Assembly: GCA_049325595.1 (NCBI GenBank)
Contig: JBMOLF010000001.1
Coordinates: forward strand, 102,857 to 166,856
Source of the DNA: Candidatus Babelota bacterium
GTDB lineage: Bacteria; Babelota; Babeliae; Babelales; Vermiphilaceae
Direction: 5' to 3'
DNA length: 64,000 nucleotides
Position 1 is the first letter of the stretch; each line of letters opens with the position of its first letter. The notes under the pieces are model-generated. The model saw only the letters and a list, made by a program, of their open reading frames with translations. It was not told the origin of the DNA and searched no databases. A program made the translations under genes and the position numbers. Positions 28,485-38,182 of the stretch are shown piece by piece.

Positions 28485-31399
28485 AAGGCATTGCCAAAAG
28501 TGATAAACCAGGCATAAGAAGCTATATCTTTATCGCCCCGATTCCACTTCCATGCAATATCAAATCGAAGTGGGCCAATCGGGGTATTATAACGCAACCC
28601 AAATCCTGTACCAGCAACAACATCTTTTGAGGTAATATCCGCCAGCCTATTGCTGCTTAAAGCACCTAGGTCCTGAAAAACCACTCCACCTAAAGACCCA
28701 TAAACAGGAAATCTAATTTCTGTGTTGATGTTAAACATAGACTTACCACCCTGGGGCACAAATCGTTTTTTGCTATTAAGATCAACCAATTCTCCTAGCG
28801 GAGGAGCCATATCCGTTTGATAGCTACGGATTGAGTTTGCACCACCAAGATAAAACCGCTCTGACGGCATTATACTACTTAAATGTTGATGAAATATGTG
28901 CCCTACTCTAAAACGCACAGCAAGCACACAGGGGAATACAGGAATATATAGTGATTGCTCAAATTGAACTTTTACAAAGTAAGTTTGTATATCCATTGAT
29001 TTTAAAGGGAACATACCCTTTATAGTAGCAAGCGTTAATGACCCACGCGTAGGTTGTACTTTATTATCCAAATAATCAACAAAAACAGTTGGCTCACAAT
29101 AAATAAAAGGAATTTTACGATCAACCAAGCACGGTTCAAAATTTAACGCACGAGCAACAGCTGGATTCACATCATATCCACATAATTTTTCAATAACATT
29201 CGTTTCCATCCATTCAATACCCATGCTACCTGCAGTCTCTACAAACGGCCAACGACGATTCAAACTTATTAAAAACCCCTGTTGGGTAAGCTCATAAAGA
29301 CTTTTTTGATTTTGAAGTATCCCCGGCTGTTTGTAATGCATGTCATACAGCTCTATTATCCATCGCGCTGGTATATTCCATAACCAGGGCCTGCAATATT
29401 GAGCTGCAATAAATCGTTCACTCCACGAAAAGTCGGCATCAAATCGCATTTGATCTGCGTAGTTAAATGGATTTTTCCACAAAAATGATCCACCAGCCTT
29501 GTAGGTAATACCAGCAAAGGTATATTGTTTATTTAATTGCAAAAGTCCCATACCACCGCGAAGGCGTAGCTCAAAAGGGTCGTCTTTCATTGTTTTTATC
29601 AAAATTGGCTGTTCAATATCTGAAAATGGTGATCGTCCTTGCGTAACTTGAATACTATCAAAAAGTTCAAGCTGCTTTAACCGTTGATGTGTAGCTCTTA
29701 TTTTTTGAGGATCAACTGTTTGTCCTTGCACAAAAGACAGCTCTCGCATGATATATTCATATGGAAAAGAACTACTACCTTGTAAAATTGTCTTACCAAA
29801 AATACGATTTTTTTGAGCTACACTCACATGCCATATTACATCCACCATATTTCCTGATCGTTTAATCTCAGGAGTGGGAGTAACTGTCGTGTATCCTTCT
29901 TTTTCTAACGATGCAACAATCCAGGATCGCTGTTCTTTGAGATGATAGAAATTAAATGGCACTGACTCTAAACCATTTCTTACGGTAAAAGGACATTTGT
30001 TTTCCAAGTGAGTAAAAGGAACAATCGATATACTATTAAGATGAATACACGGGCCTTCTTGAATTTTTATTTTAACTTGCGCAGTTCCAGAACTACCTGA
30101 CAAAGGAATAATCTGATAATCCTGAGCCTTTATCTCCCAATAACCAGACGACAAATAAAAAACAATCAACTCGTCTAAACATTTTTTTAACAATGCTTCA
30201 TCAAAATAATGCGATTTTAATACCGACGAAAAAAATTTCTTTATTAGCAGTTGATGCTCAAAAGAATCTACCCCATCAAAAACAATTTCTTTAATAGCAA
30301 AACGTGGTCCTTCATTTACCAGAAAAAAAGAGCGATCAGATTCTTCTTTGGTATCAATTGATACCAAAGAATATCCCTTTTGGTGATATTTATTTACCAA
30401 TTCATGCGCCAACATATGAGCCGGAAGAAGCCATGCTGAGCGACCAAATAACAATATTTCATCAAGTAATTGTTGTTTAGAAAAATGATGATTACCAAAA
30501 AATACAAATTCTTTTTTTTGAAATAAATCCACTGTCCATATAAGATCTATCGTTGCTTGTTTTTCATGAATCTGTTCTTTAAGATCGATTGCAATATGCG
30601 GATATCCCTTTTTTTCCAGATATTCTTTTAATTCACGACATTGTCTGTTTATTGATGATTTATCATAGACACTATTAACAAGCGGTTTAAAAAAATTGGC
30701 ATAAATTTTGGAAATTAAGTTTTTTTTGTCTGAATCAGAAATCTGTCCCTCGATAGCTATAGAACTTTGTTTTATAGTAAATTTTTCACCTTTATTAATT
30801 CTTAAAATAACTTCTACCGATTTTGTTTGTGCATCCTTAATAAATTCACTGGTAATAGTTGGCTTAAAATACCCTTGCCCTTTTAATGAAGATTTGATGC
30901 GCATCAAAGAATGGATATGTTTGGCAGGATCAAAGCGATCGCCCGGTTGCATAAGATAATCACGCAAAATCGTTTCTTTGCCCAACAAAATACCTTTGCA
31001 GCGCACTTTAACAAATGTCCACCAAGATTTAAGCACTATATGGAGCTTTTTTGCATCACCATCATCAATAAGATAAAGAATGATACTCTCAAACTTATTT
31101 TTCTGCGATAAATAAAAGATTCCATTTTTTAACTCTTGGGCACCTGCCTCTTGGCCCTTTTGAATTCCCAACAAATATAAAAGTTCATGCAATGAACACA
31201 TTACATCACAATCAAAAGTAATATCAGAAACTAAAAATGGTTTTGTGATAACAAGGTCTACATCATTTAACCGTTCAGAAATATCGCTCGCCTTACAATG
31301 AATAAGTGGAATCATTGAGCCGGCAAAAGCTTCAGCCTGTAGATGATAAACAAAAATTGCGAGCAATAAAAGGATAGGACGACCAAGGTGAAATGGCAT
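28481..31399 (-). CDS. Omp85 (BamA/TamA) family outer-membrane assembly protein with POTRA domains
   Basis: ERFYLGGANSIRSY, GFGLRYNTPIGPLRFD, terminal FGNAF; POTRA-like repeats; start taken at 31399. Confidence 0.88.
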   Translation of the reverse strand: MPFHLGRPILLLLAIFVYHLQAEAFAGSMIPLIHCKASDISERLNDVDLVITKPFLVSDITFDCDVMCSLHELLYLLGIQKGQEAGAQELKNGIFYLSQKNKFESIILYLIDDGDAKKLHIVLKSWWTFVKVRCKGILLGKETILRDYLMQPGDRFDPAKHIHSLMRIKSSLKGQGYFKPTITSEFIKDAQTKSVEVILRINKGEKFTIKQSSIAIEGQISDSDKKNLISKIYANFFKPLVNSVYDKSSINRQCRELKEYLEKKGYPHIAIDLKEQIHEKQATIDLIWTVDLFQKKEFVFFGNHHFSKQQLLDEILLFGRSAWLLPAHMLAHELVNKYHQKGYSLVSIDTKEESDRSFFLVNEGPRFAIKEIVFDGVDSFEHQLLIKKFFSSVLKSHYFDEALLKKCLDELIVFYLSSGYWEIKAQDYQIIPLSGSSGTAQVKIKIQEGPCIHLNSISIVPFTHLENKCPFTVRNGLESVPFNFYHLKEQRSWIVASLEKEGYTTVTPTPEIKRSGNMVDVIWHVSVAQKNRIFGKTILQGSSSFPYEYIMRELSFVQGQTVDPQKIRATHQRLKQLELFDSIQVTQGRSPFSDIEQPILIKTMKDDPFELRLRGGMGLLQLNKQYTFAGITYKAGGSFLWKNPFNYADQMRFDADFSWSERFIAAQYCRPWLWNIPARWIIELYDMHYKQPGILQNQKSLYELTQQGFLISLNRRWPFVETAGSMGIEWMETNVIEKLCGYDVNPAVARALNFEPCLVDRKIPFIYCEPTVFVDYLDNKVQPTRGSLTLATIKGMFPLKSMDIQTYFVKVQFEQSLYIPVFPCVLAVRFRVGHIFHQHLSSIMPSERFYLGGANSIRSYQTDMAPPLGELVDLNSKKRFVPQGGKSMFNINTEIRFPVYGSLGGVVFQDLGALSSNRLADITSKDVVAGTGFGLRYNTPIGPLRFDIAWKWNRGDKDIASYAWFITFGNAF

Positions 31400-31496
31400 T
31401 CTGTGCGATACTTTTTTTGTTAATTTTTGATTGTTATTAGTGCAAACTATAACCAGTGTAACAAAAAAAATATTTACGTCAGCCAATGGAATTAAG

Positions 31497-32006
31497 ATGA
31501 AAATATTTCTTATATCTGTTTTATTAGTAACCAGCCTTCACACAAAAGCATCAGAAATAGTACAATTTCCTTACAAAGAACCTCAAAAAAACCAAGACCA
31601 TATTATCAGTAAGCTTAAAGATTTATATGAAGCCCATTGGCTTTATAATCAATTTAATCAATTAGTAACTACTCACGCCGATAAAATAAACAATGGTAGG
31701 TTTCTTACCTATAAAATTACTACACCAGCACATCATAAAAACCGCGTAGAACTTCTTTTGCAGTCTTTTAAAACAAGCGCTGATTTGCTTTTTCTTACCT
31801 ATCATTCACTTCATACTGATGTTGCCATGCTTCTTGCGCAAGAAAATGTTTCAGCATTAGAATTTTTAGCCCTCTACAACGATGAGACCCAAAGTAGTAT
31901 TCCCATTCTTAATAGCGTCATGCAAATCATGAGCGAATATGATCATGAAAAAAAGAATGGGCTTAGTATTATTAAATCGTTGAGTGAGCTTTATCGCAGC
32001 AGGTAA
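31497..32006 (+). CDS. Hypothetical secreted protein
   Basis: MKIFLISVLLVTSLHTKA signal peptide. Confidence 0.55.
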   Translation: MKIFLISVLLVTSLHTKASEIVQFPYKEPQKNQDHIISKLKDLYEAHWLYNQFNQLVTTHADKINNGRFLTYKITTPAHHKNRVELLLQSFKTSADLLFLTYHSLHTDVAMLLAQENVSALEFLALYNDETQSSIPILNSVMQIMSEYDHEKKNGLSIIKSLSELYRSR

Positions 32007-32282
32007 TCATTCTAAAATTCTAAATACGCCTCGATAATCCTTATCTTTAGCAAAGGGCTCTATTTGTGTATCATGTACTTTTATTTTGGATAATTCTTTG
32101 TGAAGAAGATCGGTAAATTGGTCAATATTATCTTTTAACCCACAAACCACAATTTTAACTTGGTCTGTTAATTTGTGAGCCAGACCTTCTAATTCAAAAT
32201 TTTTTGCATTTTTTTGAATATATTTTGCAACAAAAGTTTCTGGCAATGTTGAATTGATAACAATTTTGATACATTTTTTCAT
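32007..32282 (-). CDS. Acylphosphatase-fold protein (degenerate)
   Basis: 91 aa; A..FELEG...VKIVVCG...IDQF...FRIL pattern; lacks the QGVxFR motif. Confidence 0.6.
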   Translation of the reverse strand: MKKCIKIVINSTLPETFVAKYIQKNAKNFELEGLAHKLTDQVKIVVCGLKDNIDQFTDLLHKELSKIKVHDTQIEPFAKDKDYRGVFRILE

Positions 32283-32455
32283 ATACTCTCTCTTTTTTTA
32301 AAATTAATAAATCCGCAAAGATGCTAGCAAAATAGGTCCAAATTTGTCAAAGCAAGAAAAGAAAAAAATATTCTAAGTAGTAAAGCTATAGACTTAGGGC
32401 ATATCCGCAGGTAAAATAAATACAATTGTTTATATTTTTAGTTTATAGGATTTTC

Positions 32456-33898
32456 ATGGCCCTATCTCCTGTCCGTGTTAGATTTGCTCCTGCCCCTACT
32501 GGCATGATGCATCTTGGAAATGTTCGTACCGCGTTAATGAATTATTTATTTGCTCGCCAACACGGCGGCACCTTCATTTTGCGTATAGAAGATACCGACC
32601 AACAGAGAAATTTTGATCCTAAGGCCGAAAAAATTATTGATGATTTACTGTGGCTTGGGCTTGATTATGACCAAGGCCCTATAAAAGGTGGCCCCCATAC
32701 CCCTTATTTTCAATCACAACGAGGGGATATTTATTTAGCGCAACTTGAGCTTCTCAAACAAAAAAATCTCGTTTATCGATGTTTTTGCACTCCTGAAGAA
32801 TTAGAAAAAAAACGTCAACGCCAAATGGCTCTTAAATTGCCTCCGCGTTATGATCGTGCTTGCTTAAATCTTTCTGAATCAGCAATCAAAGAATTGCTTG
32901 ATAAAAATATGCCTTTTGTATGGCGTATTAAGCTTGATCAATCAAAAGAAATCAGCATTCAAGACCTTGCTCGTGGTATTATTAAGTTTGATATCAAGAA
33001 TTTTTCAGATTTCCCTCTAACTCGCGCTGATGGCACCGTAACTTTTATGTTTGCTAACTTTGTTGATGATATGCTTATGGAAATAACCCATGTTATCAGA
33101 GGCGAAGATCACCTTACCAACACGGCTGGCCAAGTAATGCTATACCATGCGTTTGAAAAAGATGTTCCTCTCTTTTGGCATTTACCCATTATTTGTAATG
33201 CCCAAGGTAAAAAATTATCCAAGCGTGACTTTGGTTTTTCATTACAAGATTTGCGTAAAACAGGCTTTTTACCGCAGGCGATCGATAATTATTTAGCAAT
33301 AATCGGTGGTGGTGCTTTTACCGAAGAAATTATGGGATTACCAGAACTTATTAATGCTTTAAATTTTAATAACTTGAGTTCAACAGGACACGTGAGATAC
33401 GACGTAGAAAAATTACGTTGGCTGAATCACAAATGGATTAATCGCATTAGCAATGCCGAACTTCTTTCTTATTGCAAGCCAGTTATTTTAGCAGCTTATG
33501 AAGAAGCGCATACACTTTCTGATGAAGAATTGGGTAAGCTGGTAACGTTTATTAAAACTGATATTCAAACATTAGATGACGTTCCTAAGCTGATCGCATT
33601 CTATTTCAATAAACCTGCAATAACCCGCGATACGCTTGCTCACGCAATTGGCCAAGAAAACATTGCGCCAGTTCAACAATTGATAAAAAATCACCTGGTG
33701 AAAATAGAAAATTCAGCTGAATTTATGGCTCATTTAAAACAAGAAGCTAAGGCACATAACATTACTATTGCGCATCTTTTTAAATTGTTACGTTTAGCAT
33801 TAATAGGCAACCCCAATGGACCTGCCATCAATGAAATTATCGATATTTTGGGTGCTACTGAATCTACACAGCGTATAGAAAAAGCATGCAATCTTTAA
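32456..33898 (+). CDS. gltX: Glutamate--tRNA ligase
   Basis: RVRFAPAPTG, HLGN, LRIEDTD, ITHVIRGEDH, KLSKR. Confidence 0.97.
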   Translation: MALSPVRVRFAPAPTGMMHLGNVRTALMNYLFARQHGGTFILRIEDTDQQRNFDPKAEKIIDDLLWLGLDYDQGPIKGGPHTPYFQSQRGDIYLAQLELLKQKNLVYRCFCTPEELEKKRQRQMALKLPPRYDRACLNLSESAIKELLDKNMPFVWRIKLDQSKEISIQDLARGIIKFDIKNFSDFPLTRADGTVTFMFANFVDDMLMEITHVIRGEDHLTNTAGQVMLYHAFEKDVPLFWHLPIICNAQGKKLSKRDFGFSLQDLRKTGFLPQAIDNYLAIIGGGAFTEEIMGLPELINALNFNNLSSTGHVRYDVEKLRWLNHKWINRISNAELLSYCKPVILAAYEEAHTLSDEELGKLVTFIKTDIQTLDDVPKLIAFYFNKPAITRDTLAHAIGQENIAPVQQLIKNHLVKIENSAEFMAHLKQEAKAHNITIAHLFKLLRLALIGNPNGPAINEIIDILGATESTQRIEKACNL

Positions 33899-34201
33899 TT
33901 ATTCTTCTAACAATTGTCTTTGACGTGCTTGTAATATTTTGAGTTGTTCATTCAAGGTTACAAGCGTATAAATATCAGCAGATTCCATTTTGTCTCTTAA
34001 AAATTGAATCTGCTGATTTAGCTCTTTTGGATCTTGATAACCGTTATAAGAACTTTTTTTAGTTTTTACTGCACACAAAGATAAATCTTCAATATCTCTC
34101 ACATTTTTTGTTTCTTCTGGTGCACACCAATGGGGACAGTCTTCCATAGCATGAACCGAATTTATTACCAAAAATGCAATAAGAGTAGTTATTTTCTTCA
34201 T
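33899..34201 (-). CDS. Hypothetical secreted protein
   Basis: MKKITTLIAFLVINSVHA-MED. Confidence 0.55.
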   Translation of the reverse strand: MKKITTLIAFLVINSVHAMEDCPHWCAPEETKNVRDIEDLSLCAVKTKKSSYNGYQDPKELNQQIQFLRDKMESADIYTLVTLNEQLKILQARQRQLLEE

Positions 34202-34382
34202 ACAGTTTCCTTTTTTTTGTTTTTTACTTTGGCATGATTATGCAACAACTTTTTATAAAAATCTATTATAACCGTCCTATTTAATATCAATAATCATTTT
34301 TAACAGCTCTATGCATTATTGACTATTAGAAAATAAATATGCCATAATCAATAACAAATACCTATTTTAAAAAAGGATTATC

Positions 34383-34898
34383 ATGATTAAAAATAAAAAA
34401 GTAATTTTAGCTGCCATTCTATCACTACTACCTTTATCCTGGTTAACTAATGCCGCTGAGGTAGATTTTCCCCAGTTAGTAATCACAACCATTGATAATA
34501 AAACCAATCAAATAGTTGTCGCAAAAGATCCTCAATACAATAAACTTTTCACAATTAACCCTGGCTTAAATCAAATTAATAAAACTATCAAAATTCCAAA
34601 ATCAATGGGCGGAGAATTTTTTCCGGAGTTTGATACCGGTATTGCATTTTTAATAAACAACCAAGAACTTTTGTATCTGACTTTTTATGTGTATTCAAGA
34701 ACCTGGCATCATTCAATTTATCGTGATCAGATAACCGCTCATTTACACGCATTAAAAGAACATAACATAGAAGAAATTGATACTAAAAAAATATGGCGTA
34801 GTTCAAAAAGCACCACACCAGAAACCTATTATGTTTCATTAGTCCTAGATGGCAAAGAACTTGAAAACTCACACATTGGAACTATTTCAGGCAATTAA
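34383..34898 (+). CDS. Hypothetical secreted protein, family shared with 54262-55889
   Basis: Signal peptide; I.N.T N-terminal and L.G..L..S C-terminal motifs. Confidence 0.6.
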   Translation: MIKNKKVILAAILSLLPLSWLTNAAEVDFPQLVITTIDNKTNQIVVAKDPQYNKLFTINPGLNQINKTIKIPKSMGGEFFPEFDTGIAFLINNQELLYLTFYVYSRTWHHSIYRDQITAHLHALKEHNIEEIDTKKIWRSSKSTTPETYYVSLVLDGKELENSHIGTISGN

Positions 34899-36181
34899 GC
34901 AATTCGCACTTTTAAAAGTTCTTGCCAGCTAGTGGTGTAACACGGTGTTCGCTTTAAACTTTTTGCCCACCATTGTTGATGAGTGCCGGCAGCAGCATAA
35001 AATACCGTGTTCTTGCCCCATTTGTTATTGATAAGATCAACCGCTTTCATAAGATTTTCTTTTTCTTCGTTATAAAAAGAAATTTTATCTGCCAATGACA
35101 ATTGTTTAAAATCAGCCGGTACAAATCCACTCAAAGTAACGCCAACTTTTTTGTAAATTAACGATGCTTGATACAACTGATCAATACATTTTTTAGCAGC
35201 TTTAATAAAATCAGGAGTATAAGCTGTCGGTAATGCTAAAGACTTAGTCTCTTGATAAAATAATCGTGTTGCATCATGATACTGCCTAACCATTACAAAA
35301 ACGGTAATATTGCTAGCAAGACTATTTTGATTACGAAGTTTGCGCAATGCTGATGTGGTATACTCAGTAACTGCTTCGTACAATTGAGACTTTTCAGTAA
35401 TCGGTTGTCCAAACATCCGCGATACGGTGATAGTTTTTTTAACTTCATCAGCAGCATTAATAGCAAAACATGAAACACCATTCAACTCTAATACCGTTTT
35501 TAAACCGTTAATAGTAAGTTGTTTACGCGCCCATTGATGATCAAGATTTTTTAAATCAAGAACAGTCTTAATGCCTTTCGCTTGCAAAAAACGATTATAC
35601 CGTCTTCCTATCCCCCATACCTCATTAACTGGTAACTCTGAGAGCGTTTTATTAAGTTGCTCGTTATGCTCTAGGTAATAAACAAAAGCTCCTTTTTTGG
35701 CAATCGCATTGGCAAGTTTTGCTAATGTTTTGGTAGAACCAATACCAATAGAAACGGGAATTCCCGTAGCTTGATATATCTTTTGTCGTATTGTATATCC
35801 ATAAGCAATTAAATCGACTTGAGATAAAGAAAATGGCATAAGCAAAAATGCTTCATCAACTGAATAAATTTCTAATTCCTGAGAAAAAGTTTCTAAAGTT
35901 GCCATTACCCGAGCAGACATATCAGCATACAATGCAAAATTAGATGAATGCACGATTACACCATGTTTTTTAAATAATTGCTCATACTCAAAAAAAGGAG
36001 CTCCCATAGGAATTTGTAATGCTTTAGCTTCTTGCGAACGGGAAATAACACAGCCATCGTTACTTGAAAGAATAACAACTGGTTTGTTTTTTAGCTTAGG
36101 ATTAAAAACGCGCTCACAAGAAACAAAAAAATTATTGCAATCAACTAAAAAAAATAATTTAGGTGACCGGGTGTATAACAT
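34895..36181 (-). CDS. umuC: Y-family DNA polymerase V catalytic subunit
   Basis: LVDCNNFFVSCERVF, SSNDGCVISRS, SSNFALYADMS, YSVDEAF, VWGIG, TPCYTTSW. Confidence 0.93.
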   Translation of the reverse strand: MLYTRSPKLFFLVDCNNFFVSCERVFNPKLKNKPVVILSSNDGCVISRSQEAKALQIPMGAPFFEYEQLFKKHGVIVHSSNFALYADMSARVMATLETFSQELEIYSVDEAFLLMPFSLSQVDLIAYGYTIRQKIYQATGIPVSIGIGSTKTLAKLANAIAKKGAFVYYLEHNEQLNKTLSELPVNEVWGIGRRYNRFLQAKGIKTVLDLKNLDHQWARKQLTINGLKTVLELNGVSCFAINAADEVKKTITVSRMFGQPITEKSQLYEAVTEYTTSALRKLRNQNSLASNITVFVMVRQYHDATRLFYQETKSLALPTAYTPDFIKAAKKCIDQLYQASLIYKKVGVTLSGFVPADFKQLSLADKISFYNEEKENLMKAVDLINNKWGKNTVFYAAAGTHQQWWAKSLKRTPCYTTSWQELLKVRIA

Positions 36182-36545
36182 AGGTAATTACCCCCCATAT
36201 TTCATAATCGAGCTCTGAGGTAATTCTTATTGGTTTTACGTATTGATATTCTGAAACTAAATAATATTCTTCATGGACTAATAAAAGCCTTTTAATCACT
36301 AGCTCATCTACCAGACGGACTACTACCAGCATATTATGCTGAGCTGTTAAACCTCGATCTACAATAATAATATCTTTTGCCTTAATAGCAGGAGTACCAT
36401 CACCATCTTCTTGAACCTGTAAAAAAAAGGTAGAGAAGGGATTTTTTACCACTAAGTCATTCAGATCGAGCGTATTAGTTTGCGCTTGGGTAGCCCATGA
36501 ATGAAAGCTTGTTTTGATTGAAAGTTTTCCAAATATTTTCATCAA
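36159..36545 (-). CDS. umuD: UmuD-like S24 protein lacking catalytic Ser and cleavage site
   Basis: LDLNDLVVKNPFSTFF, DIIIVDR, VIKRL, IWGVITYVIH; directly upstream of umuC. Confidence 0.8.
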   Translation of the reverse strand: MMKIFGKLSIKTSFHSWATQAQTNTLDLNDLVVKNPFSTFFLQVQEDGDGTPAIKAKDIIIVDRGLTAQHNMLVVVRLVDELVIKRLLLVHEEYYLVSEYQYVKPIRITSELDYEIWGVITYVIHPVT

Positions 36546-36548
36546 TTA

Positions 36549-36803
36549 TTATAAAACTTGGCTGGGATCCATTAAACGATTAGGGAGTTTTTCAAGTTTC
36601 GTTACCAAACCTTTTTGTATAAAATGATTCATTATATGTAAAAAAACTAGTTCTAAATCAGGTGCTACATAAAACTCAAACCGACTTTCTTGTACATCAA
36701 TCGTTCTATCAAATGCTACATGCTCAAAGCTGCGCAAAATCGCGGTGACATACCAAACTTCAGATTTAGATATATTTGCCTGATAATAAGAACAATATTC
36801 CAT
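36549..36803 (-). CDS. Small conserved hypothetical protein (DUF4911-like)
   Basis: AILRSFEHVAFDRTID...FEFYVAP pattern, recalled family resemblance only. Confidence 0.55.
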   Translation of the reverse strand: MEYCSYYQANISKSEVWYVTAILRSFEHVAFDRTIDVQESRFEFYVAPDLELVFLHIMNHFIQKGLVTKLEKLPNRLMDPSQVL

Positions 36804-36900
36804 TGATTTTTTTCTTGTTAAAGTTGATCTGATGTGTAATCTAAATGAAGACTTACCCTTTTAATATAACATGTATTATTACCTAAGTAAAAAGGTTATC

Positions 36901-38109
36901 ATGAACAAACACGAAGCCTCAAAAATTGGGGTCGCTACCGCAACTATTATTGGAATGAATGCCATGATCGGTTCTGGCATTTTTACCGCACCTGCTACTA
37001 TGGCTGCAAATGTTGGGCCTGCGGGTATTATCGCTTATTTACTCGTCGTGGTTTCGGTATGGTTTATGGCTTTATCTCTTGCTCGTTTAGCAGCTCTCTA
37101 TCCACAAGAGGGATCATTCTATGTCTATGCAAGCCAATGGGGTGGTCATCGCGTTGGTATGCTTGCAAGTCTTTGTTATTTTATTGGTCTTTTAATTGCC
37201 ATGGGACTTTTATCACAAATGGCAGGCCAATATTTAACTACCTTTTTTCCGAGTATTTCAGCTTTTAGCCTGGGATTAATTGCTTTAGCAATATTGGTGC
37301 TACTCAATATGTTTGGTGTCGTGTTATCACAAATTGGCCAACACATTTTAATTGCTTGTACCGTTTTCCCTCTCATTGCAACTACCTTGCTCTGCTTGAG
37401 TAAAGCAAATCTTGATAACTTAACACCGTTTGCGCCGTATGGATTTGGCAATGTGCTTAAAGCAACCCGTGTGGTAATATTTGGCTTTTTTGGCTTTGAA
37501 TCAGCTACCTCACTTTTTAATATTGTACGTGATCCCGCTCATAATGTGCCACGTGCGCTTACTTACTCAATTATTTTAGTGGGTATTATTTATACCATGT
37601 TTGTTGGCGCAATGATATTGGCAACACCGCTTGATTTATTCCAAGGTGCCCGTGTGCCATTATCTGAAACCTTGCATGTATTATTCCCTCAATATCCGTG
37701 GCTGATTAGCATTATTCACTTTGCTATTTTGTCAGCGATTATTGGCACTATTCACTCTATGATTTGGGGATCAAGCAACTTACTTACCTTGCTTATGCGC
37801 CGCTTAAAAAGCCCACTTGGCTTGAAGTTAGCTAATTCATCACTTGCCCATAACACCCGCGCAGCGGTGCTTATGGTGGGTGCATGTATTGCATTAACAT
37901 ATTCGACTATTAACAACCCTGATCTTTTCTTCTTTTTAACCGCATTATTTATCATTCTTGCATTTATTCTTTCTTTAATCACCTTACTTACGGTAAAAGA
38001 AGAATGGACATCTGGTCACAATGTCAAAGCAGTAATTGGTATTGCGACAGCAGCAATGATCTTGTTTTTCGCTTTAGAAGGACTTGTTCAACAATTAAGC
38101 TCTCTGTAG
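36901..38109 (+). CDS. APC-family amino acid permease
   Basis: MIGSGIF, GSFYVY, FGFFGFES; ~12 TM segments. Confidence 0.9.
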   Translation: MNKHEASKIGVATATIIGMNAMIGSGIFTAPATMAANVGPAGIIAYLLVVVSVWFMALSLARLAALYPQEGSFYVYASQWGGHRVGMLASLCYFIGLLIAMGLLSQMAGQYLTTFFPSISAFSLGLIALAILVLLNMFGVVLSQIGQHILIACTVFPLIATTLLCLSKANLDNLTPFAPYGFGNVLKATRVVIFGFFGFESATSLFNIVRDPAHNVPRALTYSIILVGIIYTMFVGAMILATPLDLFQGARVPLSETLHVLFPQYPWLISIIHFAILSAIIGTIHSMIWGSSNLLTLLMRRLKSPLGLKLANSSLAHNTRAAVLMVGACIALTYSTINNPDLFFFLTALFIILAFILSLITLLTVKEEWTSGHNVKAVIGIATAAMILFFALEGLVQQLSSL

Positions 38110-38182
38110 TAGTGGTTGACGAGGGGTCAGTAAAGGTGTTATAAGTTAACAAAACAGGTAATAAAAAAGGACATGAACACCC

